Assembly: GCA_964610335.1 (NCBI GenBank)
Contig: CAZSVP010000003.1
Location: 141,531 to 205,530 of the forward strand
Direction of reading: 5' to 3'
Source: an uncultured Candidatus Saccharibacteria bacterium
Lineage (GTDB): Bacteria > Patescibacteriota > Saccharimonadia > CAILAD01 > BJGX01
Length of the DNA: 64,000 nt
A program made the position numbers and the translations under genes. How positions within the stretch are numbered: position 1 is the stretch's first letter; every line of letters starts with the position of its first letter. Below, in pieces: positions 48,571 through 58,065 of this stretch. A model generated the notes under the pieces. The model saw nothing but the letters and a program-made list of their open reading frames with translations. It was not told the origin of the DNA and did not search any database.

Positions 48571-49441
48571 ATTTTAGATCGCCAATAGTATCTTCTATTA
48601 GTTTTTGATGTTCAGGATTTGCCCATGCGACCGTCAATACAGCCTGTAGCCAGCTCTCGGGTGCACCACCGTCCAAGAATACTCCACTACTCTCGTGTAC
48701 AGCGATCCGATTGGACTTGGCCATAGACTCAATTGCCTCTACCAGTATGTACTCGGGATTGGTAGAAACTTTTTGCTGCTTACGAATGGCTTCAAATATC
48801 TTAGGAGTAAAGACATATTTACTAATATTGATTAGGTTGGATGGAGCTTGCCCAGGCTTGGGTTTCTCGACAAACGAATCGAGAAAGCCGTCACCATCCC
48901 GAGAGAGCACACCATACTTCTCTAGTTCCGAATCGGGTTTTGGTACACTATCTACTACACCTTCGCACTCTGTCTTGTTCAGTAGTTCAATCAAGTGAGC
49001 TGTCTCGGACTCTTCGGACTTGTGCCAGATAAAATCATCTCCAGTAAACACAATGAACGCTTCTTCACTTCCGAGATATTTTTCAGCCGCTAGTAAAGTG
49101 CGGTAGGTGCCATATGGTAAGTAGTCGTCGAGAAAAGAGTATTCGAAATTGCACTGCGTATACTGGTCTATTAGCTCTTGGTGCTTCTCGTACTTACCGT
49201 ATTGTTTGAGATGCTGCACCAAACTGGCCGGAGGTTTGAGATATTGCTGGATCTGGTCATGATCGCTGCTGACACCAATTACAAAATCGGTAATGCCAGC
49301 TTTGATGCAATCTTGTAAGTTAAAATCCAAAATCGGCCGATTCATAATCGGCAGCATCTCTTTTTGCACTGCCTTGGTCTCTGGAAGCCATCGCGTGCCA
49401 AAGCCACAGGCAGTGATGAGGGCTTTGCGGACTTTTTTCAC
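48560..49441 (-). CDS. sugar-1-phosphate nucleotidyltransferase (GalU-like)
   Basis: GFGTRWLPETKAVQKEMLP, GDD, VEKP. Confidence 0.85.
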   Translation of the reverse strand: MKKVRKALITACGFGTRWLPETKAVQKEMLPIMNRPILDFNLQDCIKAGITDFVIGVSSDHDQIQQYLKPPASLVQHLKQYGKYEKHQELIDQYTQCNFEYSFLDDYLPYGTYRTLLAAEKYLGSEEAFIVFTGDDFIWHKSEESETAHLIELLNKTECEGVVDSVPKPDSELEKYGVLSRDGDGFLDSFVEKPKPGQAPSNLINISKYVFTPKIFEAIRKQQKVSTNPEYILVEAIESMAKSNRIAVHESSGVFLDGGAPESWLQAVLTVAWANPEHQKLIEDTIGDLKSKP

Positions 49442-49470
49442 TTCAATATCTTTCTGCTACTCAGGTTTGA

Positions 49471-50193
49471 CTAGCTCTTCTTCCACTCTTTCATCAGCGA
49501 ATAATCCACATTGGTGCGGCCACCATTTACCGTCACAACGGAGCCAGTGGTAAAACTAGAGTCATCGGAAAGCAAAAACATTGTCGTCTTAGCTATTTCT
49601 CCTGCAGTAGCAATTCTATCAAGTGGGGTTATCTCTTTTATTGCCTCTAGTAACTCATCACTATCTGGTCCCATGTCTGTGTCAACCCATCCAGGTGCCA
49701 ACGAGTTCGCGCGGATACCTCTGTGCCCCAATACATTTGCTAAACTATTGGTCAGACTAATGAGACCTGCTTTTGCAACAGAATATGCAAAACCAGCATA
49801 TTCACCAAGGTATGCATCATCACTAACGATATTCACTATTGAGCCACCACTAGGCATGTTCTTCGTTAAACTATGGCAAATAATATATGGGGCTGTAACC
49901 ATAACCTCTAGTGATCGATCCCACTTGGCTAAGTCAAAATGTTCAATACTCTCTTCTTCAAAGATTCCGGCACAATTAACTATATAGTTGAATTCTTGCG
50001 ATTCCAGCTCTTTAAGAGCACTTTGCAGCCTTGCTCGATCACTTAGGTCTACTTTGAGATAACTTACGTTCTTAATATTCGCTGGCTTGGTGCTATTATA
50101 TGTACCTACTACTTCTATATTATTAGTGGCAAGAATTTTGGCAATTGCCAATCCCATACCCTTTGATGCACCTGTTACAAAAGCTTTTTTCAT
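49471..50193 (-). CDS. SDR family oxidoreductase
   Basis: TGASKGMG, NCAG, YSVAK, PGWVDT. Confidence 0.9.
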   Translation of the reverse strand: MKKAFVTGASKGMGLAIAKILATNNIEVVGTYNSTKPANIKNVSYLKVDLSDRARLQSALKELESQEFNYIVNCAGIFEEESIEHFDLAKWDRSLEVMVTAPYIICHSLTKNMPSGGSIVNIVSDDAYLGEYAGFAYSVAKAGLISLTNSLANVLGHRGIRANSLAPGWVDTDMGPDSDELLEAIKEITPLDRIATAGEIAKTTMFLLSDDSSFTTGSVVTVNGGRTNVDYSLMKEWKKS

Positions 50194-50194
50194 A

Positions 50195-50575
50195 TTAATT
50201 TTCCTTCTGCGCGGTTACACTTATCTCAATACTAGCTCCAAGCGGCAAAGAACTTACGCAGATTGCTTCACGAACCGGAAACGGTTCGCTAAAGTAGCTC
50301 GGGTATACTTCGTTTAGTTCAGGCATAATCGTCATATCGGTGACATATATTACGACTTTGACCACATCACCTAGCCCTGAATCGGCAGCATGCAAAATCG
50401 CTTCGATGTTGCCCATAACCTGTTTCATTTTGTCTGTAACTGTACCCTCAACGAGCGAGTTATCTGGTTTGACGTGCACCTGGCCTGAGACATAGATGGT
50501 GTTGTCGCAAACTAACGCCTGAGAGAGAATATGATCAGCTTTTGGTGCTTTGTCGGTCTTGACTTGCTTTTTCAT
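50195..50575 (-). CDS. RidA/YjgF family protein
   Basis: SQA, YVSGQ, NEVY, PVR, LPLGASIEI. Confidence 0.9.
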   Translation of the reverse strand: MKKQVKTDKAPKADHILSQALVCDNTIYVSGQVHVKPDNSLVEGTVTDKMKQVMGNIEAILHAADSGLGDVVKVVIYVTDMTIMPELNEVYPSYFSEPFPVREAICVSSLPLGASIEISVTAQKEN

Positions 50576-51936
50576 TTTAACTTTTCTATTAGATAGTCTT
50601 TGAGCTCTTCTATCTTAATCCGTTCTTGTTTCATACTATCGCGCTCACGTACCGTTACTGCCTTGTCTTCTAAGCTATCGAAATCGACAGTCACACAGTA
50701 TGGTGTACCGATCTCGTCCTGGCGACGGTAGCGCTTACCAATCGACTGGGTCTCGTCGTATTCAACATTGTATTCCCCTGCTATTGAACTAAATACTTCC
50801 ATGGCTACCTTGTTGAGCTCGGGTTTCTTGCTAAGTGGTAGTACAGCTACTTTGACAGGAGCAAGCTCAGGCTTGAGCCGGAGTACCACACGCTCTTCGT
50901 CGCCCACTTTCTCGACAGTATAGGCTTCAGTAAGTGCTGCTATAAATAACCGTCCCACGCCCATCGATGATTCGATTACATTTGGCGTGTAGCGTTTGCC
51001 ACTGGCCTCATCGAAGTAGCTCAAGTCTTTGCCACTCACCTTCATATGGGAGGTTAGATCGTGATCAGTACGATCATGGATACCGCAGAGCTCCTTGCTG
51101 CCATGTGGGAAGTTGTAGTAGATATCGTGGGCGGCAGCGGCATAGTGAGCTCGCTCGCCCTCGCCATGCTCGTGCCAGCTGATGTTAGCTTCGCCCAATC
51201 CAACGTCTTCTAGCAAAAAGTTACGAGTAAATTCACGCCAGTTCTCATACTCGTGCTCTCTCTCATCAGGATGGATGAAGTACTGCATCTCCATCTGTTC
51301 TAGCTCACGTACACGGAATATGAAGTCGCGTGGAGTGATCTCGTTGCGAAAGGCCTTACCAATCTGGGCAATACCAAATGGTATTTTGGCTCGTGTAGTC
51401 TCACGCACATTATCGTAGTTGATATAGATGCCACCAGCAGTCTCTGGGCGTAGATATGTTAGTGTAGTGTCATCCTCGGCAGGACCAATGTGGGTGGTAA
51501 GCATCATATTAAACTGCCGCGGTGGCGTAAATGTACCAATCTTGCCACAATTGGGGCAAGCCTTTCCAACTAATGCCTTCGATAGCTCCATAAGATCACC
51601 TGTATCAACGTCGGCGACATGATCGGCCCGGAAACGATGGTTGCAAGCTTTGCAGTCAATCATGGGATCGACGAAACCTGCCACATGGCCACTAGCTTCC
51701 CAAAGCTTAGGGTTTTGGATAATAGCGCTATCAAGTCCGTAGATGTTCGGGTTGCGGTACACAAAAGCCTTCCACCAAGCCTGTTTGAGATTGTTGATCA
51801 GCTCCACGCCATATGGGCCGTAGTCCCAAAAGCCACCGATGCCTCCGTATATCTCACTGGCTTGAAATACAAAACCACGCCGCTTACAGTAACTGACGAG
51901 TTCTTCCATTGTTAGTTTTGAGGGCTGTTTGTCCAT
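50572..51936 (-). CDS. glyQS: glycine--tRNA ligase (alpha2 type)
   Basis: CKRRGF, LRPETA, FRNEITP, IGKRYRRQDEIGTP. Confidence 0.96.
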   Translation of the reverse strand: MDKQPSKLTMEELVSYCKRRGFVFQASEIYGGIGGFWDYGPYGVELINNLKQAWWKAFVYRNPNIYGLDSAIIQNPKLWEASGHVAGFVDPMIDCKACNHRFRADHVADVDTGDLMELSKALVGKACPNCGKIGTFTPPRQFNMMLTTHIGPAEDDTTLTYLRPETAGGIYINYDNVRETTRAKIPFGIAQIGKAFRNEITPRDFIFRVRELEQMEMQYFIHPDEREHEYENWREFTRNFLLEDVGLGEANISWHEHGEGERAHYAAAAHDIYYNFPHGSKELCGIHDRTDHDLTSHMKVSGKDLSYFDEASGKRYTPNVIESSMGVGRLFIAALTEAYTVEKVGDEERVVLRLKPELAPVKVAVLPLSKKPELNKVAMEVFSSIAGEYNVEYDETQSIGKRYRRQDEIGTPYCVTVDFDSLEDKAVTVRERDSMKQERIKIEELKDYLIEKLK

Positions 51937-51972
51937 AGATTATGTCCGATTATACCAGATTGTAACTAGCAT

Positions 51973-52671
51973 TTATAGCAACTCTGTCGAGCGCAAGCGA
52001 ATATGAAAATGATATTCCAAGTATTTGGCTAGCAACTGCCAACTCTCTGTAAATACTTGCTCAGTGGCTTTGAGCCGACTAAGCTGAGCTGGCTTGAGAT
52101 GGCCAAGTATGCGCCAAAGCTTAATAGTATCTTCCGACATAGGCAAACCATGTTCCGTGCGAGCTACCCCTACTCTTCCTTCTTGATAGTCAAAGAAGTA
52201 TTCGCCAGAAGATCGTTCTTCAATAAACTCCGGCTGGCTACCAATGGAATGGAGTAGGTACAAACATAGATAGCTCATGACAAGTGGTGGTGGGGTATGC
52301 TTGGCGACACAACTAAATAAATCACACAACACATCCACCAATCCATCAACAGTTTGATTGTCTTCAAGTAACCTATCCACTAATTCAAGTAATGCAAACC
52401 CTACTGCAACTTCTTCTAAGCTAGAGGTGCTGATTGGCGATGGTGTGATGGTTTGTGTTTGGGTAAGGATAGCAAGGGACTTACCCTTGTGTAATTGCAA
52501 ACGAACTAGTGAGAAAGGCTCTAGATGCCCAGCTCTGCGACTACCTAATTTGCGAACCCCTTTGGCAACAAATGCCGACTTGCCTTCGTGGCTGTAGAAC
52601 CTAATCAAGCGATCAGCTTCCCCAATATTTTTGCGCGCCAACACATAGCCAGTTATGCTATGTTGGTTCAT
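51973..52671 (-). CDS. recO: DNA repair protein RecO
   Basis: GEADR, AKGVRK, LEPF N-terminal OB-fold. Confidence 0.88.
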   Translation of the reverse strand: MNQHSITGYVLARKNIGEADRLIRFYSHEGKSAFVAKGVRKLGSRRAGHLEPFSLVRLQLHKGKSLAILTQTQTITPSPISTSSLEEVAVGFALLELVDRLLEDNQTVDGLVDVLCDLFSCVAKHTPPPLVMSYLCLYLLHSIGSQPEFIEERSSGEYFFDYQEGRVGVARTEHGLPMSEDTIKLWRILGHLKPAQLSRLKATEQVFTESWQLLAKYLEYHFHIRLRSTELL

Positions 52672-53057
52672 AAATCTTCGAGCTGTAACAAGGCTTTGAT
52701 TTGAGTCACAAGCTCAGTCGGTGATATCTGTGCTTTCACATATAGCGCTGAGATACCAAGGCTTTTTTTGACCTCGTCTTTTAGCTGTAATTCTGCCGGC
52801 AACAGATTGGTAATAATAACAATTGGTGTCTTGTCTTGTCGATGATCCTTGCGGATCTCCTTGATTAGTTGCAAACCATTGATCTTGGGTAGCAATATGT
52901 CGATCAACAAAATGTCAAACTTCTTATCAGCCAATGCAGTTAAGGCTGCTTGAGCGTCTATAGCATGAACTACTTCAAACCCAGCCTGCTCAAACTTTTG
53001 TACATACATGTGGGCAATCGTTGCATCATCTTCTACTAGAAGTATGGCCTTACTCAT
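52668..53057 (-). CDS. single-domain response regulator
   Basis: VEDD, IDILLP, ITN, YVK. Confidence 0.85.
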   Translation of the reverse strand: MSKAILLVEDDATIAHMYVQKFEQAGFEVVHAIDAQAALTALADKKFDILLIDILLPKINGLQLIKEIRKDHRQDKTPIVIITNLLPAELQLKDEVKKSLGISALYVKAQISPTELVTQIKALLQLEDL

Positions 53058-53110
53058 ACCCTTATTGTACTCCTTAGGCCCAAATACTCAACTATAGCAA
53101 GTTTGATTGT

Positions 53111-53821
53111 CTAAGGATTAAGTTTGATCTGTTGAACTATGGCGTTAAATGCGTCTAAGTAGTCTTTATTACTGTCAGTTTGTAGAGTGAACACCTTATC
53201 TCGAACCGGGAAGATAATAACAGTGCTTTCTACCTTGGTTTTTTGATCAATCTTGCCGGTATACTTGATACCCTTGATACCAGATACAATCACTTCTTCA
53301 GTCTTGATATTGTTGCTCGCTTGCTTGGCAAGGCCATCATAGCGTCGCTTCTCACCATCGTAAGATGTTGTAGCTTGATTGAAACGGAAAGCTTGAATAT
53401 CTGCCTTACCATCAACATTGTTTGGATTGGCGACACCATTGATCGCTCCATTTTGGTTAGGATTAACCCAGAGCGAATACGACTTTGGTAATATCAGCTC
53501 GAAACTACCGTAGCTCTCGGGCGCGACATAAGTACGTGTATCTTTGATAGTATCACTGGCGTACTGTTTCTCATCTTTGTCCTTTTGGGCAGAGCTGCCG
53601 TCCTGATAACCACTATTGTACTTAGCATCCAGCTTCTGTTGAGTACTATTTGCTCGAGTTGCAAACACTATTGTTGTAATTAGCAAAATTACCGCCACTA
53701 CTGCGAGCACTATTAACAGTATCTTATTTTGCTGTGCTTTCTGAGCGCTCGATTTACCGGCTTTACCTGGCTCGTGCAGTGGTTCCTGGCTAATTGTCTG
53801 TGGTGTGAGTTCTTGTTCCAT
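53111..53821 (-). CDS. membrane-anchored extracellular protein (PsbP-like C-terminus possible)
   Basis: Single TM segment followed by a soluble domain. Confidence 0.65.
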   Translation of the reverse strand: MEQELTPQTISQEPLHEPGKAGKSSAQKAQQNKILLIVLAVVAVILLITTIVFATRANSTQQKLDAKYNSGYQDGSSAQKDKDEKQYASDTIKDTRTYVAPESYGSFELILPKSYSLWVNPNQNGAINGVANPNNVDGKADIQAFRFNQATTSYDGEKRRYDGLAKQASNNIKTEEVIVSGIKGIKYTGKIDQKTKVESTVIIFPVRDKVFTLQTDSNKDYLDAFNAIVQQIKLNP

Positions 53822-53838
53822 ACCGCCCTATTGTACCA

Positions 53839-54369
53839 CTAACCTTTCTTTAGATTGGCCTGCCCAGGAGCCCAGTCCATTGGACATAAGCCACCAGTCT
53901 GCAAAGCCTTTACTACACGCATTGTCTCTTCCACACTACGTCCGACATTGCTATCAGATATCACCACATACCGTAAGTTCCCATCTGGGTCAATTACAAA
54001 TGTTCCTCGTTCGGCTTCACCATTCTCCTCATTGAGAACTTCATAGGAGCGGCTCAAGGTATGAGCCGTGTCAGCAATTATCGGGAAAGATACTTCTGAT
54101 AAATCACGTTCAAACCAAGCTTTGTGACTATAAACACTGTCTGTGCTCGCTGCCACAAGCTCAGTGTTTATTTTTTCAAAGTCCTTACACATATGAGCAA
54201 AGCCCTTGATCTCGGTAGGACAAACAAACGTGAAGTCACGTGGGTAGAAGAATAATACAACCCACTTGCCTTTCAAATCTTTCAATTTCAGTTCCTTATA
54301 ATCTTCTTTCAAACCTTTTTGGTAGGCCGGTAGGCTGAAATCTGGTGCTGGTTGGTTTAGCTTTAACAT
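53839..54369 (-). CDS. ahpC: 2-Cys peroxiredoxin
   Basis: FYPRDFTFVCPTE, resolving LCPMDW. Confidence 0.92.
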   Translation of the reverse strand: MLKLNQPAPDFSLPAYQKGLKEDYKELKLKDLKGKWVVLFFYPRDFTFVCPTEIKGFAHMCKDFEKINTELVAASTDSVYSHKAWFERDLSEVSFPIIADTAHTLSRSYEVLNEENGEAERGTFVIDPDGNLRYVVISDSNVGRSVEETMRVVKALQTGGLCPMDWAPGQANLKKG

Positions 54370-54392
54370 ATTGTCTCCTTATTTTGAAAAAA

Positions 54393-54980
54393 TTAACTTG
54401 CTTGATTTACGACACGCTTGTTTACAACATCCCAATCGATCGCAGCCATGAATGTGTTGATATAGTCCTTGCGCGCAGTAGCATAATCCAAAAAGTAGGC
54501 ATGCTCATATACATCCATTACTAAGACTAGCTCTGTATCAACGACTCCACCTTGGTTGTGAGCGTCAAAGACATAGTTTTCTAAACTATTGAGGCTGTAA
54601 TCAAAAGCCAATACGACCCACCCACGCGCTGATATGCCAAGAGCTGCAAACTCAGCTTGCCACTTGTCTATGCTGCCCCAGCGTTTCTCAATCAGATTCT
54701 TAATTGTTCCACTACACTCAGTTGGTTTGTCTGTCATGTTATCAAAGTATGACTCATGCAACTTTATGCCATTGAGCGCAAAGTTTTTCTCAACAAACAA
54801 CTCACGTAGATCAGAGAAAGTGCCATTGGTTGATTCCAGATCCACTGTCGCTGTTTTCTCTACAATTTCATTATACTTCTTGACGTAGCCAGCATATAGC
54901 ACATCATGATGCTCACTTAATTGTTTTTCACTTAGCCCTGGCAAAGACTTGTACTTGAGAGGCTTTACTTCTAATTTCAT
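54393..54980 (-). CDS. Fe/Mn superoxide dismutase family protein
   Basis: EHHDVLYAGYV, KLHESYF, DVYEHAY. Confidence 0.85.
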   Translation of the reverse strand: MKLEVKPLKYKSLPGLSEKQLSEHHDVLYAGYVKKYNEIVEKTATVDLESTNGTFSDLRELFVEKNFALNGIKLHESYFDNMTDKPTECSGTIKNLIEKRWGSIDKWQAEFAALGISARGWVVLAFDYSLNSLENYVFDAHNQGGVVDTELVLVMDVYEHAYFLDYATARKDYINTFMAAIDWDVVNKRVVNQAS

Positions 54981-55012
54981 ATAGCTATTGTAGCGAAGAA
55001 GTTACCCTTACG

Positions 55013-55513
55013 TCAAAACTTGTAATAAATCAGAACACCTTGTGACTTTGTTGGCCTGCGTTTTGGCAAGCGATATCCACACATCACAAGCCAAGCACCA
55101 CGCTTGATTGTTTTGATAGTAGTTTGCTCGATTTTTGCAGCAATCGAGCGCACTCCAAATACATATATCAGATCTGCCTCACTAAGATCAGCCTTGATAA
55201 AGCTTCCAAGCTTGATCTTGGTATTATGGTCACCTCGAAACCTCCAACGGCAGAGCAGGTACAATAATGGATTGGTCTCATAACCAACGGCCCCATAACC
55301 ATGTTGTCGAGCTGCCGCCAACAACTTACCATCACCACAGCCTAAGTCATAGAAAGTAGCCCCCTTGGACAATTTGACAGATGAGAATAACTGTTTGGTG
55401 GTTTTGTCCAATGTTGGTACATACGGTGCCCCAAACAGCACGCTACTCAAAAAGAATACTAATAAAAGTATTATGCCAACGAATTCAACTATTAGAAAAA
55501 TCTGACCAATCAT
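55013..55513 (-). CDS. membrane-anchored SAM-dependent methyltransferase
   Basis: GAPYVPT, DLGCGDG, GYETNP. Confidence 0.82.
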   Translation of the reverse strand: MIGQIFLIVEFVGIILLLVFFLSSVLFGAPYVPTLDKTTKQLFSSVKLSKGATFYDLGCGDGKLLAAARQHGYGAVGYETNPLLYLLCRWRFRGDHNTKIKLGSFIKADLSEADLIYVFGVRSIAAKIEQTTIKTIKRGAWLVMCGYRLPKRRPTKSQGVLIYYKF

Positions 55514-55981
55514 CTATGATTGTTTTGATAACCAGCCCAACACTTCAGGAACGGTTTTGAGCGGTGCCAGCTTAGGCCAAACGGCGGCTATCTTGAGGTC
55601 CTTGTCTACAATTACCCCACTGCGAATAGTGCCCATAAACTTACGGCCATACATATTGCGCTCACCCCATGCGCCATACGGATCAATCATCTTGTTGTCC
55701 GGATCAGCCAGAATCGGGAATGGCAACTTGTGGTTCTCGGCAAACTTGGTGTGACTAGCCACATCGTCGCGGCTCACGCCAATCACTTCTATCTCCTTAG
55801 CCTGTAGCTCTTCAAAGTGATCACGCAGGCTACATGCTTGTGTAGTACAGCCAGGAGTTTCGTCTTTCGGATAGAAATAGATCAAAGTGGTATGGCCACG
55901 AAGCCCCTCAAGAGTGTGCTCTTTGCCATGTTGATCGGCCAGCTTAAAGTCTGGTGCTTTATCACCTACCTGCAAATTCAT
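55514..55981 (-). CDS. bcp: peroxiredoxin Bcp/PrxQ
   Basis: FYPKDETPGCTTQAC. Confidence 0.92.
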   Translation of the reverse strand: MNLQVGDKAPDFKLADQHGKEHTLEGLRGHTTLIYFYPKDETPGCTTQACSLRDHFEELQAKEIEVIGVSRDDVASHTKFAENHKLPFPILADPDNKMIDPYGAWGERNMYGRKFMGTIRSGVIVDKDLKIAAVWPKLAPLKTVPEVLGWLSKQS

Positions 55982-56343
55982 TGATTTGTCTCCCTAGCTT
56001 CCCCATCTACTTTTGGAGTTGAATTTTGGTCAGGTGCTTGGCCTGGGTTGCCCCAGTTGCCAGTTTTGGTTGCTGCTGGAGACGACGGTTTATCTAGTTT
56101 GTTGATGCGAACCAATCCAACAATACCTAGAATTGGACCTGCTACAAACCCTAGAACTGAGATAACAACTAGTATATTTAGGATGTTGAGATACAGTGAT
56201 GATATTGGTCCAGTTGAACCTGGTGAAACATAGTTCACTACTGCAGACAAGGTTAGACTAGCAACCAGTAGAATGAATGGGCCCATAAACCCAATTATCA
56301 TCCAGTGAATATACTTTTTTTTGAGTTTGGCTGTGTCTTGCAT
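55978..56343 (-). CDS. two-TM membrane protein
   Basis: AGGAGG RBS; two hydrophobic segments. Confidence 0.7.
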   Translation of the reverse strand: MQDTAKLKKKYIHWMIIGFMGPFILLVASLTLSAVVNYVSPGSTGPISSLYLNILNILVVISVLGFVAGPILGIVGLVRINKLDKPSSPAATKTGNWGNPGQAPDQNSTPKVDGEARETNQ

Positions 56344-56359
56344 AATCCCTCCTATTTAC

Positions 56360-57082
56360 TTATTGTCTAGCTCGCAAATACTGATCCCAGTGCTGATACA
56401 ATTTGCCAGTTGCAAATAGATCTTGAGCATTGTACTTGGCAATTTCGAGATAGCGACCTTCACGATATGCAGGATCGACTTGACTACCATCAATGCCAGC
56501 GACTTTTGGACTAGTAATTCCAAATGCTCGGCACCAACGATGTAGGCTACCTTTGTACATAGCTCCACCAAAAAATGTCAGTTGGTCGAACAAATCTATG
56601 TGTTGGACCGATCGAACTCCAGAAGAATTGTAGCGATTGCCTACCAGATCACGGGTCGGTCGGATACCAAGAATAGCACTACGTATCATCATGTATGGCA
56701 CGTCGGCTCGGCGCCCAAAGAAGCTTATAAACTCGTCGGCAGTTTCGGCCAAGGCCCAAAATTTTGTCAACATCTCGGCCTCGGTCATGCTGACATATTT
56801 AACACCTTCTTCTTCGAGCTCTTCAGTATCCTTACCCTCAGTATCATAGTAAACAGCGCCCTGCTCGCTCTCTATGTCGTATAAGCCGATAGCAATTATT
56901 TTACCTGTCAATGGGCTAAATACTAGATTGCGTTTAAGCTCTTTGAGAGCTTGCTCATAGCGCTCTGGTTCTATTTCGGGGTCGGGCAATTTTTTGGTGA
57001 GATCTTTTTTGGTAGCTTCATCAAAGTCATCAAAGTTCTCCCCCACCATCTCTATATCAAATACTAATCGTTTTTTATGCAT
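56360..57082 (-). CDS. PolB-related 3'-5' exonuclease (DEDD)
   Basis: FDIE (ExoI), GRRADVPY (ExoII), YNAQD (ExoIII). Confidence 0.8.
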   Translation of the reverse strand: MHKKRLVFDIEMVGENFDDFDEATKKDLTKKLPDPEIEPERYEQALKELKRNLVFSPLTGKIIAIGLYDIESEQGAVYYDTEGKDTEELEEEGVKYVSMTEAEMLTKFWALAETADEFISFFGRRADVPYMMIRSAILGIRPTRDLVGNRYNSSGVRSVQHIDLFDQLTFFGGAMYKGSLHRWCRAFGITSPKVAGIDGSQVDPAYREGRYLEIAKYNAQDLFATGKLYQHWDQYLRARQ

Positions 57083-57198
57083 TGACACATTATAACACAA
57101 TCTGATCTGGTTCTTGATTGAATAATACTTCTACTTATTGTATAATTGCCAACCAACATTGCGTTCGTATTTCTACTGGCCGACCATAAGGAGTCGCA

Positions 57199-57915
57199 AT
57201 GAGCAACACCACAACTGACAGCTTTGGAGAGTTGGTAGTGCGACGAGCCGATCAGCTGCGCCAGCGCGGCGATGCCGGCGGTGCTTGCCGGGATTTCAAC
57301 AAGGCCTACAACTTGCTGCGTAGCGAAGGCAAGGCCTGCGACCCCGTCATGCGTGACTGCTTGCATATGTGGGGAGTTGCGCTCTGCAGCAAAGGCAACC
57401 CGGCCGAGGCATTGAGCAAGTTCCGCCAAGCAATTCAGTTGTCCATCGACATCGGTGACCAGCCAAGTCGCATGGCCATGGGCAACATCATGCGTGATGA
57501 AGCCAAGGCTCAGATGCTGCTCGGCGAGCTCGATCGTGCCGAAGAGTGTCTCATCAGCTCACAACAGATTCTCAAGCCAGAGACCGAATGGGATCAGACT
57601 GCGCTACAAGGATTGGCCAACACCATCGGATTCCAAGGCCGTCTCGAAGTGTACCGTCACAATCTCGGTCTAGCTCTGCAATATCTACGCGAAGCTGATC
57701 GCCTGCTAGGCGCGATCGGAGCCGATCAACCCCGACTGTACAACCTGCTGGTGTTGTCTCGCACAGCTCACATGGCAGGTATGGCCGAAGCTGCTGGACA
57801 TGCTCGTGCAGCTTGGCCACTGGCCAAAAGGTATGGCGGCCGTAGCCATCGCATCCGAGCAATGCTGCTGATGCTCCCGATCGCCTGGCGGCTCGAAGCT
57901 CGCATGAGCTCGTAG
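57199..57915 (+). CDS. GC-rich TPR-like helical repeat protein
   Basis: AAGGAG RBS; promoter TTGAAT-N17-TATAAT at 57118-57146; repeated G..A.A...F/L..A helices. Confidence 0.7.
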   Translation: MSNTTTDSFGELVVRRADQLRQRGDAGGACRDFNKAYNLLRSEGKACDPVMRDCLHMWGVALCSKGNPAEALSKFRQAIQLSIDIGDQPSRMAMGNIMRDEAKAQMLLGELDRAEECLISSQQILKPETEWDQTALQGLANTIGFQGRLEVYRHNLGLALQYLREADRLLGAIGADQPRLYNLLVLSRTAHMAGMAEAAGHARAAWPLAKRYGGRSHRIRAMLLMLPIAWRLEARMSS

Positions 57916-57943
57916 CACCCAAGAGTGCTTTTACCCGTCCCCA

Positions 57944-57983
57944 ACGAACGTCCCTGACATTTGTTGGGGACGTTCGTGTTTTT
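57944..57983 (+). terminator. intrinsic terminator
   Basis: ACGAACGTCCCTGACA / TGTTGGGGACGTTCGT hairpin plus T-tract. Confidence 0.75.
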
Positions 57984-58065
57984 GGAGATGATTTTAATTC
58001 AATAATTGCTTGCCGGAGTGCGGAAGTATGATCACTCACACCTCCGCACCCCGAAGTTCACCCCC

